Below, in pieces: positions 54,049 through 64,000 of a stretch of 64,000 nt of DNA. The stretch is from Nitrosopumilaceae archaeon (GTDB lineage: Archaea > Thermoproteota > Nitrososphaeria > Nitrososphaerales > Nitrosopumilaceae): NCBI GenBank assembly GCA_965214835.1, contig CBDCCK010000002.1:1440001-1504000 (forward strand), written 5' to 3'. The translations under genes were made by a program, and so were the position numbers. A model generated the notes under the pieces. It did no database searches. It was not told the origin of the DNA and worked only from the letters and a program-made list of their open reading frames with translations. Position 1 is the first letter of the stretch, and the number at the start of each line of letters is the position of its first letter.

Positions 54049-55393
54049 CAGTCCTTTGCACGGACCTTTGCACGTTTGAGATGATTGTCCGCGACGCCCC
54101 CAGGTGGTTCTCGGGTACAAAGATTGCACGGATCTCCCCCTCTGCAAGCCTTGAGGAGATTGCCCCGTCCTGGATGACCGCACGCATATAGTCGCATCCT
54201 GCGTCCCTTGCCTCAAATGCAACCCTTTGCACGTCCCTGTATGCCACAAGCCTTGGAACGCCCTTTTTGATCAGCGCCTCTAGGACAAACTCGGCAAAGA
54301 TCTGCCCCCCCGTGACGTCGAGGTTCTCCCTCACCCGCCCCTCGTCTACGATCAGGCCGTCGACGATCCCCGTCATCGTCTCTAGCATCTCGTCTGCCAG
54401 TATTGCAGCAGTAGGCAGGATGAACCTCTCGTTGGCCGAGTTTGAAAGGTCCCGCTCGTGCCATAGCGGTATGTTCTCAAACGCAGGCCCGAGCTGGCCG
54501 CGCAGCAGCTTTGAGAGCGACGAGACCCTCTCGCTCTTGATTGGGTTTCTCTTGACGGGCACCGCACTGCTTCCCATCTGCCCCCTCTTGAACCGTTCGG
54601 CGACCTCGCCGATCTCGGTCCGCTGCAGGTTTCTGATCTCGACTGCCATCTTTTCCAGCGTGGCCCCGATCAGGGCAAGCTCAAAGATGTATTCGGCATA
54701 CCTCTCCCTAGGGACTACCTGTGTGGCGACCTCTGCCGGGTGCAGCCCCAGTCTTTTTGCGACTCTTGCCTGCACGCGCAGGGCCCCCGAGCCCATCAGG
54801 GAGCCGGTTCCGACCACGCCTAGCGTCTTGCATATCAGAACGCGCTTTTTGATCTCCTCGATCCTCTCAAGGTGCCTTGACATCTCCGCTGCCCAGTTTG
54901 CAAATTTTAGTCCGAACGAGATGATGCTTGCATGCTGTCCGTGCGTCCTGCCTACTGCCGGAAGATCCTTGTACCTTGCCGCCATTTTTGTCAGCATCAG
55001 CGAAATCCCGGCTGCCTTTGGCTGGATGATCTGCAGGGCGTCTCGCATCTGCATGGAGTTGCTCGTGTCTACAAGATCGTTGCTAGTCAGTCCAAAGTGT
55101 ATCCACGGCCTTGATGAGGCCTTGCACTTTTCGCCTAACGCCTCGACTAGCGCCGCCGTATCGTGATCACTTTTTGCCTCCAGCTGCCTGATTCTTTTTG
55201 CAGTGATCTTTCCGGAGCTTGCCACCCTGAGGATGTCGCGTCCGGCCGATCTTGGGATCATTCCAATCTCGCCTTGCGATACCGCAGCTGCCCCCTCGAT
55301 CTGCAGCTGGTAGTCTACCTTGCTTTGTTCGCCAAAGACTGCAGCCATCTCTTTTGTTCCGTATCTTCCGCCGTCGATGGGTAGGATCGCCAA
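54032..55393 (-). CDS. purB: Adenylosuccinate lyase
   Basis: HFGLTSND, GRTHGQHA, GSSAVPVKRNP and HERDLSNS. Confidence 0.96.
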   Translation of the reverse strand: MAILPIDGGRYGTKEMAAVFGEQSKVDYQLQIEGAAAVSQGEIGMIPRSAGRDILRVASSGKITAKRIRQLEAKSDHDTAALVEALGEKCKASSRPWIHFGLTSNDLVDTSNSMQMRDALQIIQPKAAGISLMLTKMAARYKDLPAVGRTHGQHASIISFGLKFANWAAEMSRHLERIEEIKKRVLICKTLGVVGTGSLMGSGALRVQARVAKRLGLHPAEVATQVVPRERYAEYIFELALIGATLEKMAVEIRNLQRTEIGEVAERFKRGQMGSSAVPVKRNPIKSERVSSLSKLLRGQLGPAFENIPLWHERDLSNSANERFILPTAAILADEMLETMTGIVDGLIVDEGRVRENLDVTGGQIFAEFVLEALIKKGVPRLVAYRDVQRVAFEARDAGCDYMRAVIQDGAISSRLAEGEIRAIFVPENHLGASRTIISNVQRSVQRTARKFS

Positions 55394-55504
55394 TGTCCAA
55401 GGTGGGGTCTTTATTGAAAATAAATCTACTGTATGAGGTATCTGTTGCAGCAGACTACAAGATACGGCGTAGCAGGCGTGATCATGAGGGCTCCGACCGG
55501 CAGT

Positions 55505-55890
55505 GCCGCCTGATGGTTACACATCTTGTGAAGGTTCGTAGATCTCCACCATGGCCACCCTGACATGGGCAAGACGAAAATCCCATGGATGCCATGACGG
55601 TGATAGACAATGTAGTACGGCACAAGACCAAGAAGGTTCGCAGATGCCTGAAGAAAAATCCAGGTGTTGTCCTGCTGTACCTGCCGGTAGCTATGCCGGA
55701 GCTGAGCGCCATAGAGGCAGTCTGGAAGGATGCCAAGTACAGGCTGGTCACGTCGGCCTTTTACGACACGGTGGATCGCCTCAAAAGGGCCGTCTCGGAA
55801 TACTTTAGGACGTGTTCCATCGTGGTTGATATCTACAAGTATCTTGAGCGCAGCTTGTAAGGGAGGCGAAATTTTCAATGGTCATCAGTA
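55505..55890 (+). mobile_element. Internally deleted IS630 derivative, joined to the right part of a MITE-93 (55893-55918)
   Basis: A degenerate left end (like 1378-1464) is fused to the 3' end (like 2155-2450); right TIR intact and followed by GCTAACAAGGGGACGTGACCAC. Confidence 0.8.
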
Positions 55891-56050
55891 TAGCTAACAA
55901 GGGGACGTGACCACACACGACGTTGAAGGCGCTGAATCGGAACGCGCACTCGCATATCTTAAAACTTCACTTCTGCCGTCTGTCGGCCCTGATTTGGCAA
56001 AACCAGCCGTCCTTTCATCAGTGCTGTCTTCTGGAATCCTGGGGCCAGAG

Positions 56051-57742
56051 TCATAGACCTTTCTGGTTTTTGATGGCATCCCAACTAGGATCCTCCTTTT
56101 TGACCCATAGGAATTTTTTCTGCAATGCCGGGGTGTATAGTTTTTCCCATTCGGCATCGACCTCATCTGTCCAAGCTTTGAAGACTATTGGATCGATGTA
56201 GTTTTTAAGAGACGTGCCCAGGTTGTAGTCCCTTGTCTGCTCAGACAAGTCAATTTGTAATCTTAGTTTCTCAACCCTCTCCCTGTGTCTTGTTTTTTGT
56301 TTTTTGATTTGTTTATTCAGTGTCTTGATTCTCTTTGCCTTGTTCTTCTTTTTGGCCTCTGTTTTTGGTTCAGATGCCTTGACTTTTTTCAGCGTTTCCT
56401 GGGTTTTGCCCCATGTTTTGTTTTGTTCAACTTTTTTCAGGGTATCGCGTTTTTTCTGCAATGATTGCTCAAACGTCTTGGGAATTGTCCTTTTGTGGTT
56501 GCACATGATTGCAGCCTCCAGGTTGGCCAGCTTTGCATGGTAAATCTTTGCACTTGGACTCTCCTTCCCTATGTCGTCATGTTGGCAAAGATAGTCTTTG
56601 ACCTTGGTTGTTGCCAGGCATGTTCTGAACACTTTGGCAGTTAGCCCCTCTACAATTCCAGAGAAATACCTGTTGACATCCCTGGATGTAACTTTGTCAA
56701 AAATATCCTCGCTTGGTTTTTTCTTTTCGATTGATTTTCGGAGGTTTTCTAGAAACTGCCTGTCGTCTCCTTCCACCTTTAGCGTTTCTTGCCATCTTAC
56801 ACTGTCCTTTCCCAAAAAGTCAAACTCTATCTGATCAGATGTGATCTTTACGTGCTCCTTCCTAAGCGTTGTCGCGCCGACTGTGTCTGCCTCATCTTCA
56901 CCCTTCTCATCTCCTACCCTCATTGCGGTTCTATAAATCAAATAGCATGCGGTGGCAACCTTGCCTTTCTTTGCATCCTTCATGTCTCTGACCATTGCCT
57001 TCCTGATTTTCCCTATCTCTTTTCGAAGTTTTGCTGCTTTTTCATATTTTTCCCTGTCTTTGCCTTGTTTTAGATCGGAGCTGTCAGAAAGCCAGACGTA
57101 TTTCGTCTTCTTGGTGAGAAAGTCCGTCCATCTTGCCAGCCACATGGAATCCTGATCATGCCTGATCTCCTTCCAATCGCCTTTTGGTTTTGGCGCCTTT
57201 TTTCCAAGATTTAAAATCACGTCCTTCTTGGCAATTCTGGGCTTCCATTTGCCTCTGAGCGGATGTTCTCCCCTGCCGATAAAAATTCCAGGCGGCTCGG
57301 CCATATAGTTCCCAACCTCGACTTCAACCAGCCTTCCGCCTTTTTTTAGCTGCATTTTGGCAGTTCCATATTCGGCTTTGAGCTCTTCTCGTAGTTCTTT
57401 TCTCTTTTTTGCCTGCTCTTTTTTTTCCTCCTTGGACATCGCCTCCCTGCGATATTTTTCCACGTCTATCAGCTTGTAGGCCTGAGAAAAGTCAATATCC
57501 CCATATGAAATTTTTTTGAATTTGGGGCCCAACCTCTCTGCAAAATCTGCCGTAAAATTCCTTTGGAAAACCTTGTCTTGGACATAAGGCGTGTCCTTCT
57601 TTTTTGCCCACTGGTACACCATCTCTTCCTGTTCTAGATTGAGCTCGACACTTTCTCCCCTGATCTTTATCTTGATCCCCTTGGATTCAAAATCGGGTGG
57701 AAAAAGGATTCCATTATGTTCTAATTTTTCCCATTTTGCCAT
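56051..57742 (-). CDS. DNA topoisomerase IB (eukaryote-like)
   Basis: KWEKLEHNG, EPPGIFIGRGEHP, MRVGDEK, DFLGKDS, AKVFRT, CNHKR and GTSLKNYIDP (catalytic Tyr). Confidence 0.96.
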   Translation of the reverse strand: MAKWEKLEHNGILFPPDFESKGIKIKIRGESVELNLEQEEMVYQWAKKKDTPYVQDKVFQRNFTADFAERLGPKFKKISYGDIDFSQAYKLIDVEKYRREAMSKEEKKEQAKKRKELREELKAEYGTAKMQLKKGGRLVEVEVGNYMAEPPGIFIGRGEHPLRGKWKPRIAKKDVILNLGKKAPKPKGDWKEIRHDQDSMWLARWTDFLTKKTKYVWLSDSSDLKQGKDREKYEKAAKLRKEIGKIRKAMVRDMKDAKKGKVATACYLIYRTAMRVGDEKGEDEADTVGATTLRKEHVKITSDQIEFDFLGKDSVRWQETLKVEGDDRQFLENLRKSIEKKKPSEDIFDKVTSRDVNRYFSGIVEGLTAKVFRTCLATTKVKDYLCQHDDIGKESPSAKIYHAKLANLEAAIMCNHKRTIPKTFEQSLQKKRDTLKKVEQNKTWGKTQETLKKVKASEPKTEAKKKNKAKRIKTLNKQIKKQKTRHRERVEKLRLQIDLSEQTRDYNLGTSLKNYIDPIVFKAWTDEVDAEWEKLYTPALQKKFLWVKKEDPSWDAIKNQKGL

Positions 57743-57833
57743 TCTCTTCACTCTGAAATTGTAGACTTTGACAAAAACTGAATTTCATTCGTATATCAAG
57801 TTAACGTAGGCATGGCATGTATGAGTTTACCCC

Positions 57834-59433
57834 TCAGGCGACGCTGCCAGTCAGGGTCTTGACGAGCATTTCCCTCACGCCGCACCCCCGGGCGCGCCAG
57901 TTCATCGCGCACGTCATCAATACGGTGAATATCTCCATGCCTTCCATGGTACGGAGTCCCTGGAATACCTTGCGCGCAATTACGGACGGCCTCAGCATGC
58001 GCTAGGCCAGGTTGTTGGTGGACTCCATGCCCGGGTATGGCACGAACGTGTACAGGCATTCCGCGGCGTTCCCAAACTTCGTGGCAAATCTTTCGCATCC
58101 GGCCTCCCTGCCGAATGCCTCGGCCAGCCCGCGCGTTTCTGCCACCAGCATGTCGTGCCGGGCGGCGTCCTCCTCCGGCGGCCCCGGCCCCTTGGCGCAA
58201 TGCATCTGCCACTTGAGGCGCTCGCCTGCGGCGCGAACCTCCGGGGAGTCCGTTTTCTCGCTTTGGGCATCTGCCTCCCGGATTATGTGGGCCCAGCACC
58301 GCTGCCTGTTCCTGCCAAAGAACTTGTCGTATCCGGGGTATCCGTCAGTCACCCCGACTCTGGGCACGTATGAAAAGTGCTCATCCAGTACGGATGCCCT
58401 CCTGCTGTCAGTTGCCACCATGTGCGCGCCGACGGCATTGCCGTCCTTGACGCCCACTGCCACCCACATGTAGCCGCTCTTGCCGTCGTATGGCATCCCC
58501 GTCTCGTCCATGTGGACGTGGTCGCATCCTGCAATGTCTTTTTTGATGTCCTCCACGCACGGATCAAGCTTCTTTGCAACGGCCTTGAGGCAGTTCTGTA
58601 TCATCGCCTTGCTTACATCAATTTCAAAGATCTCCTTTACGATGCGCCTGATCGAGCCGACGGATGCCGGCATGGTGTACAGGGTGCCGATATAGGAGGC
58701 AATGTTGGGTCCAAACTCGGTGCCAGGTAACAGCTCGGGCTCTGGAAGTGATTTATGATTTTAGGCACAAATTACATCTGCGAAGATCCCTTTGGCGATA
58801 AAATTCATGCCTGAACTTCCAGAGCCCGAGCTGTTACGGTGCCAGGGACTACCAGCCCGTCCCCGTTTGTCGTGGTGATGGCGCCGCACTTGCGGCACTT
58901 GCGGCGGGTAAAGTAGTGCTGTGTCGTGACCGGCTCTGGGATCTCTGGAATGTCAGTAGCCATCCTGGTTCCGGTGGGAACCGGATCTGTCAGGTCGCGC
59001 CCGTTGCACGCGCCGCACATGTCAGGCACGTGCGTTTTGTACCGGGTCGGTGTTCTCCTGTGTGATATGCCCTCGTGTCCGGGCCTGCGGCCCGGCCTTG
59101 CCGGTGCCCTTCCAGATGCCCCTGCCGCGGCTGCTGCCTTTTTCTGCCTGGTCGGAATCGAGTTCTGCGAGGAGGGGCTGTGCGGGTTCTCATAGTATTT
59201 GATGCGCTGTTCAAGCTGCTTGATTCTTGCGGCATCCTCGGCATGTTGCATGGCAGATGCTGCCCTCTCTATGTCAAGCTCCCCCTGCGTCTTCTGAAGC
59301 TCCGCTTTGACGCAGGCAAGCTCCTTGGACAATGCCTTGAATTCCGAGGCTGTAGACATGTGTTTCCCGGGTAATGATAGTTTATAGATCAGGTGGTCAT
59401 AAAAAATCAACTAGGCAGGGGCTATCCTGTTAC
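57834..59433 (-). mobile_element. IS66-family element, inactivated copy
   Basis: Left TIR at 59411-59433; core nearly identical to 25561-26470; MITE insertion and a TAG stop at 58002; right TIR not clear. Confidence 0.85.
58727..58837. mobile_element. 111-bp IS66-type MITE inside the IS66 transposase
   Basis: Perfect 23-bp TIRs GTAACAGCTCGGGCTCTGGAAGT with 8-bp TSD GGTGCCAG. Confidence 0.93.
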
Positions 59434-59511
59434 GACCGAAGGATCTGAAGGCGTACCGGGAGGGAAAGGGATCCGACGGGTCGGGGGCCGGGATGCCGCG
59501 GTGGCCCCGCG

Positions 59512-60701
59512 TCACCCTGGCCCGATTTCCTTGAGAATCCCAACGAGCCTTTCGGTGGCCACGCCGTTATCCCAGCTGTCCCGTACGAACCTGCGCCCGT
59601 GCCTTCCCATCTCCTGCGCCCTATCTGCGTCGCCCAGCAGCAGCGAAATTCTTTTTATCCATCCCATATGATCCCCCTGTCTGACCAGAAACCCGGTCTT
59701 GCCGTCCAGCATCGTCGCCGATATGTAGTCGCTTTCGGTGGCGATCGCCGGCACCCCCATGGACATTGCCATTTTCAGCGAGTATGGCGACATTTCGATG
59801 GCGCTGGCAAGGCCGTAGATGTCGATCGAGGAGAGGTACTCTCTGAGCCTGTCGGGGTATTCGAGCGCCCCCAGCCACTCAAAGTTGTCGTATCCGGCCA
59901 GCTGTTCGAGTATCCTGTCGCGGTACCGTCCGTCGCCGGCCCAGTAGAACGTCACGTGCGGGAGTGCCTTGACGACCCGGCGCAGGACCAGCATCTCCTT
60001 TGCCTTGAACCACTCGTTGGCATACTGCAACAGGCCCACGCACGGATGCTTCAGCGCCATGCCCCTGCCATTGCGTCCGTCGCCACTCCAATAGTCCGTA
60101 TGTATGAGGTCACCTACCCCTGTCAATCAGGCACGAATTGACATCTATGACTGTGATTTTCACGCCTAGACAGCAGGGGGACGTGACCACATACGTCCGT
60201 ATCTATGCTGGAATAGGGGAACGTCGCCACGCTGCTTCGAGGGTAGTGCTTCCTTATGGTATCTGCTATGGAGTCGGTCTCGGCAAGTATGACCGAGGCC
60301 CTCCTCAGGCAGGGATTCATCATGCGGGCCCGTACGGCATGATATATGCTGCGATAAACCATCCTGTCCTTTCTTTCCATTTCCCGGTACGACCAGTTGT
60401 CCCAGAAATACACCAGCACCGGTATTTTTTTACAGGCTGCAACCGGCCCCAGCTCGTTTGGCACGTCAAGTACTACGGCGTCGGGTTCGAACTCGTCGAG
60501 CAGCCGCTCAAAGCGCCTTTTCTTTGACGTGTTGAGCACCGGAAGCCTCGTGATGACGTTTCCCAGATACTCCCTGCGTACGACCCTACTGTACTCGATG
60601 CCGCGCTTTTCCAGGTTTTTTATGAGCTTGCCCTGCAGTATCCATTTTGAGTTCGAACCGGGCGTGGAGTCCTGGCCTGTGGAAACAAAGAGCAGCCGCA
60701 T
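59512..60701 (-). pseudogene. GT4-family glycosyltransferase split by MITE-93
   Basis: Removing the MITE and one TSD rejoins ...SSIDTD/YWSGDG...; GT-B C-terminal motifs present. Confidence 0.85.
60102..60194 (+). mobile_element. MITE-93 family copy
   Basis: 8-bp TSD GTCCGTAT. Confidence 0.92.
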
Positions 60702-60866
60702 GGCGGGGCTTGTCCTGTTTGGTTAATAAGCCGTGTGCAGGGTACAACATAATTTTCATATAATACACTACGCGATCATGGTATATGGATCAGCATCGTC
60801 AGTATTGTTTGACCTATTGTGGGGGGGGGGGCAGGTGATCTCATACCGAGGGAGGGTATGTGCCTA

Positions 60867-62060
60867 ATGCGTGTAATCTCCCTTACCACAACATATCCAG
60901 ATTCATACGCATCCGCAAAGCCAAGATTTGTTCACCTGTTAAACAAGGGACTGGCAAACCTTGGAATTGATGTCTTGACGATCTGTCCGCATTCGGGTAA
61001 TGCTGCAAAATCTGAGACTATTGAAGGCGTGGAAGTTAAGAGGTTCAAGTACATTCCCAAAAGATTTGCACTAGGGAACTCTATTTCGGAAAAATCACAG
61101 ATCAAGTCCGCCTATTTTGAGATCGCAATCATGGTCACGGTATTCTTCTTTACTACGCTGGTTTCATGCATGAAAAACAGGCCAGATATCATCCACGGTC
61201 AGTGGGCGTTTCCCAGCGGTTACATTGCATGTCTTCTGGCAAGGATGTTTTCTGCAAAGCCCGTCATAACAGCACACTATGGCGAAATCCCACCATTGCA
61301 AAAATTCCCGTTTTTGAGAAAAAGAGTGGTCAGCATGCTCAACAAATCCCACAAAGTAATCGCCAACAGCAACTACACGAAAGGAAAACTGATGGAGATT
61401 GGCATAAAAGAAAAAAAGATCACAATCGTCCGTCCTATCCCAAATTTTGTATCGCATGAGCCCGACAGGGAGTTTCTTAAAGAGTTCAAAAGCAGGTTTG
61501 CACCGCCGGATCATAAGATAATATTGTTTTGTGGACGTCTTGTAGAGCACAAGGGCGTACAATACCTGATACGATCCATTCCCGCAGTCAAGACAAAGAA
61601 CATACGCCTTGTTGTTGCAGGCGACGGGATTGTAAAAAACAAGCTAAAAGAGCTTGCAGAAAGCCTAGATTTGGGTGACAGGATAACATTCTACGGCAAG
61701 CCAACTTACAGGGAGCTGGGCTTGCTGCACGACATCAGTGACGTTTTTGTGTGTCCGTCAATAATAGACTCCCGGGGACTTACCGATGGACTGGGCCTTG
61801 TAGTTCCAGAAGCCATGGAGTCCGGCCTGCCGGTGGTTGCCAGCTCGGTTGGTGGCATCGTGGATGTCATACAGCATAAGAACAACGGCGTGCTAGTCCC
61901 AGAAAAGAGCCCTGATTCCATAGCAAATGCAATTGATGAGATTTTTACAGATTCGAAACTGCGTAGTACGATGATCCACAATGCGAGGGACACTGTCAGG
62001 AAAATGTTTTTGCCAAAAGCTATCGTCGAGCAACACATGCAAATCTTTAGAAGCGTATGA
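60867..62060 (+). CDS. GT4-family glycosyltransferase
   Basis: FCGRLVEHKG and DGLGLVVPEAMESGLPVVAS. Confidence 0.92.
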   Translation: MRVISLTTTYPDSYASAKPRFVHLLNKGLANLGIDVLTICPHSGNAAKSETIEGVEVKRFKYIPKRFALGNSISEKSQIKSAYFEIAIMVTVFFFTTLVSCMKNRPDIIHGQWAFPSGYIACLLARMFSAKPVITAHYGEIPPLQKFPFLRKRVVSMLNKSHKVIANSNYTKGKLMEIGIKEKKITIVRPIPNFVSHEPDREFLKEFKSRFAPPDHKIILFCGRLVEHKGVQYLIRSIPAVKTKNIRLVVAGDGIVKNKLKELAESLDLGDRITFYGKPTYRELGLLHDISDVFVCPSIIDSRGLTDGLGLVVPEAMESGLPVVASSVGGIVDVIQHKNNGVLVPEKSPDSIANAIDEIFTDSKLRSTMIHNARDTVRKMFLPKAIVEQHMQIFRSV

Positions 62061-62212
62061 CAACCTATAGTGAAGAGCATAAGTTCCTCAACAACGAAAA
62101 GCATTTCCCTGTGTAGTTCATGCCCACATGTGTTGAAGAATTTTTGCTCGCCACTCCCATATGAAATCGTACCCGATCCTACCGTGGGCCCTTGCAGGTG
62201 TCGTGTTCCAAA

Positions 62213-62728
62213 TCAGGATGATCTTGTCATGCAGAGCATCCTCTTATACTTTCGCTGCGTGAGATCCTTGTTCTGCGTCCGGTACTCCTCTCCGGTGGTC
62301 AGCATGTGCCAGATTACTTCCGTCATGTGCCTTGCCACTACAACCTTTGCCTTTTGCCATCCTCTCTTCTTCTTGACTCTGTCAAATATCTCCTTCATTC
62401 TGGGATCACTTCTCACCGCGACGGTGGCCGAGTTGACCATCACCCGGCGCAGCCATGCAGATCCCTGCTTTGTTATGCCGCCTCCCCTGTGCCTGTCCGC
62501 GCTGTCCCTGCGCGACGGAACCAGGCCGACGTATGACACGAGCTTTTCGGGGGTGGCAAACCTCTTGATGTCGACTAGCTCCGATATTATCGTCTGTGCA
62601 GTGATGTGGCTTATTCCCGGCATGCTCATCGCCAGCTTGGCCCTCGGGTCGGCCTCCGATACCGACGCAATGCGGCACTCCAGATCCCTTATCTGATCCC
62701 TCACCCTTGACAGGTCGTCCAGGTACAT
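62213..62728 (-). pseudogene. IS110-family recombinase C-terminal part, interrupted by ISH3
   Basis: SMPGIS, YVGLVPSRRDSA, ITKQGS and VARH; 5' side abuts the ISH3 TIR. Confidence 0.88.
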
Positions 62729-64000
62729 CAGTAGTTCCTCGATGTACTTTTGCAGGCACGATAATTACGCAATTTGCCGAGATTTTTTGACCATCATACT
62801 ATAGATCAGGCGGTGTGCCAACCATCATCATGATACCAACACAAAACGACGTGTTTGCACACCAGTTTGACATAACATCGAGACAGTTTAAAACATTGCG
62901 ACGGCGGTTTCCCAAGCTCGGGCTGGCCGTCTCAAAGAGTCGCAACGCAGTGTATGACCACATCGACGCACTGCGCGTTCTATATTTCATGTCTGAGAGG
63001 AGGATGTTTGCAGAATCTGCCGTGACGCACCTTCGCAGGCGGGCCTCAAAATGCAGCAGGCAGCAGCATGACGACGGGGCTGCCTCCAAGGGCGGCGCGT
63101 ATAGTTGCCGTACGCCTAGTCCGGACTGGATCCTAAAGGCGATCCGGGGCGTCAGCCTGGATGATGCGCAAAAGTGGTGCAGCTCCATGCTGCAGCATAC
63201 GGTAAGGTGCGCCCGCAGGTCAGGCATGCTGCACAACACGGACGTCGTGGCAGTGGACGTTACCGACGTGGAATACTATGGCAAGGGCCTGGAGGATATC
63301 GCCAGAAAGTCAAAGCCCAAGAACGGCACGTCGACGTTTCTCTCGCACATTACCATGCACGGAATAGGATCAGATGACGGGTCTGACCTCGTGCTTTCCT
63401 CGCTGCAGCTTCCAAAAGAGGCAAAACTGGCCGATTTCGTGCCTAAAATGATCCGCAAGGCGTCCAGATCAGGGATGAGGATCAAGACGTTCCTGTATGA
63501 CCGCGGATTCTTTAACGTGGACTGCATGAGGGCTGCAGAAACAAGCACGGGCAGCTACATCATGCCTGCCGTCAAGAACAGGAGGATAGTGGCGGCAATA
63601 GAGGAGCATGACCGCGGAGAACGCGGTGCGGTATCAAAATATACAATGACCAACAAGGACGGCAAGAGCGCCACATTCAGGCTAGTCATTGTGGAAAAGG
63701 ACGAGGTAGAAAAGGACGGCACGGCAGCAGCAAAGAAGGACAAGGCAGAAGAGACCATAGCCGACAGGTATCTGGTCTTTGCCACCAACATGTCTGCTAA
63801 AAGTGCAGAGGCAGTCATTGAGCAGATACCGGAGGAGTACCGCAGTCGGTGGGGAATCGAGACCGGGTTCAGGGTGATCAAGGGGATAATGGGCAAGACG
63901 TGCAGCAATTCCCCGGTCGTCAGGCTGCTGCTGTTCTATATGTCTGTCATACTGTACAACCTGTGGAGGACTGCCGTGTTCATAGACGTGGAATCCAAGT
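62729..64000 (+). mobile_element. Second ISH3-like copy, runs off the window (transposase from ~62815)
   Basis: Near-identical to 9418-10690. Confidence 0.92.

Overview
Archaeal DNA, most likely a Nitrosopumilaceae-type thaumarchaeon and possibly host-associated. Support: type IB topoisomerase, a two-intron tRNA-Trp, a giant surface protein with a CFI-box-like C-terminus, and heavy IS/MITE load. Housekeeping blocks (aconitase, pdxST, valS, pterin genes, purB, topoisomerase IB, glycosyltransferases) alternate with AT-richer defence-type cargo: an AbiE-like pair, a membrane-anchored Mrr-SRA nuclease, an RNase J-like hydrolase, a Hachiman-like nuclease+helicase, XRE-peptidase/PIN and a Doc remnant. 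At least six IS families (IS630, IS6-like, ISH3, IS5-like, IS66, IS110) and several MITE families are present, many with target-site duplications readable by eye. The most striking observation is a (CCAGACA)~63 tract inside a hidden, currently out-of-frame reading frame matching the N-terminus of EcoRI-family adenine methyltransferases. That frame's stop codon overlaps the start codon of the TM-Mrr-polyGlu-SRA nuclease, suggesting a slippage-controlled, translationally coupled ON/OFF switch. Family assignments come from motif recognition only; no database searches were run.
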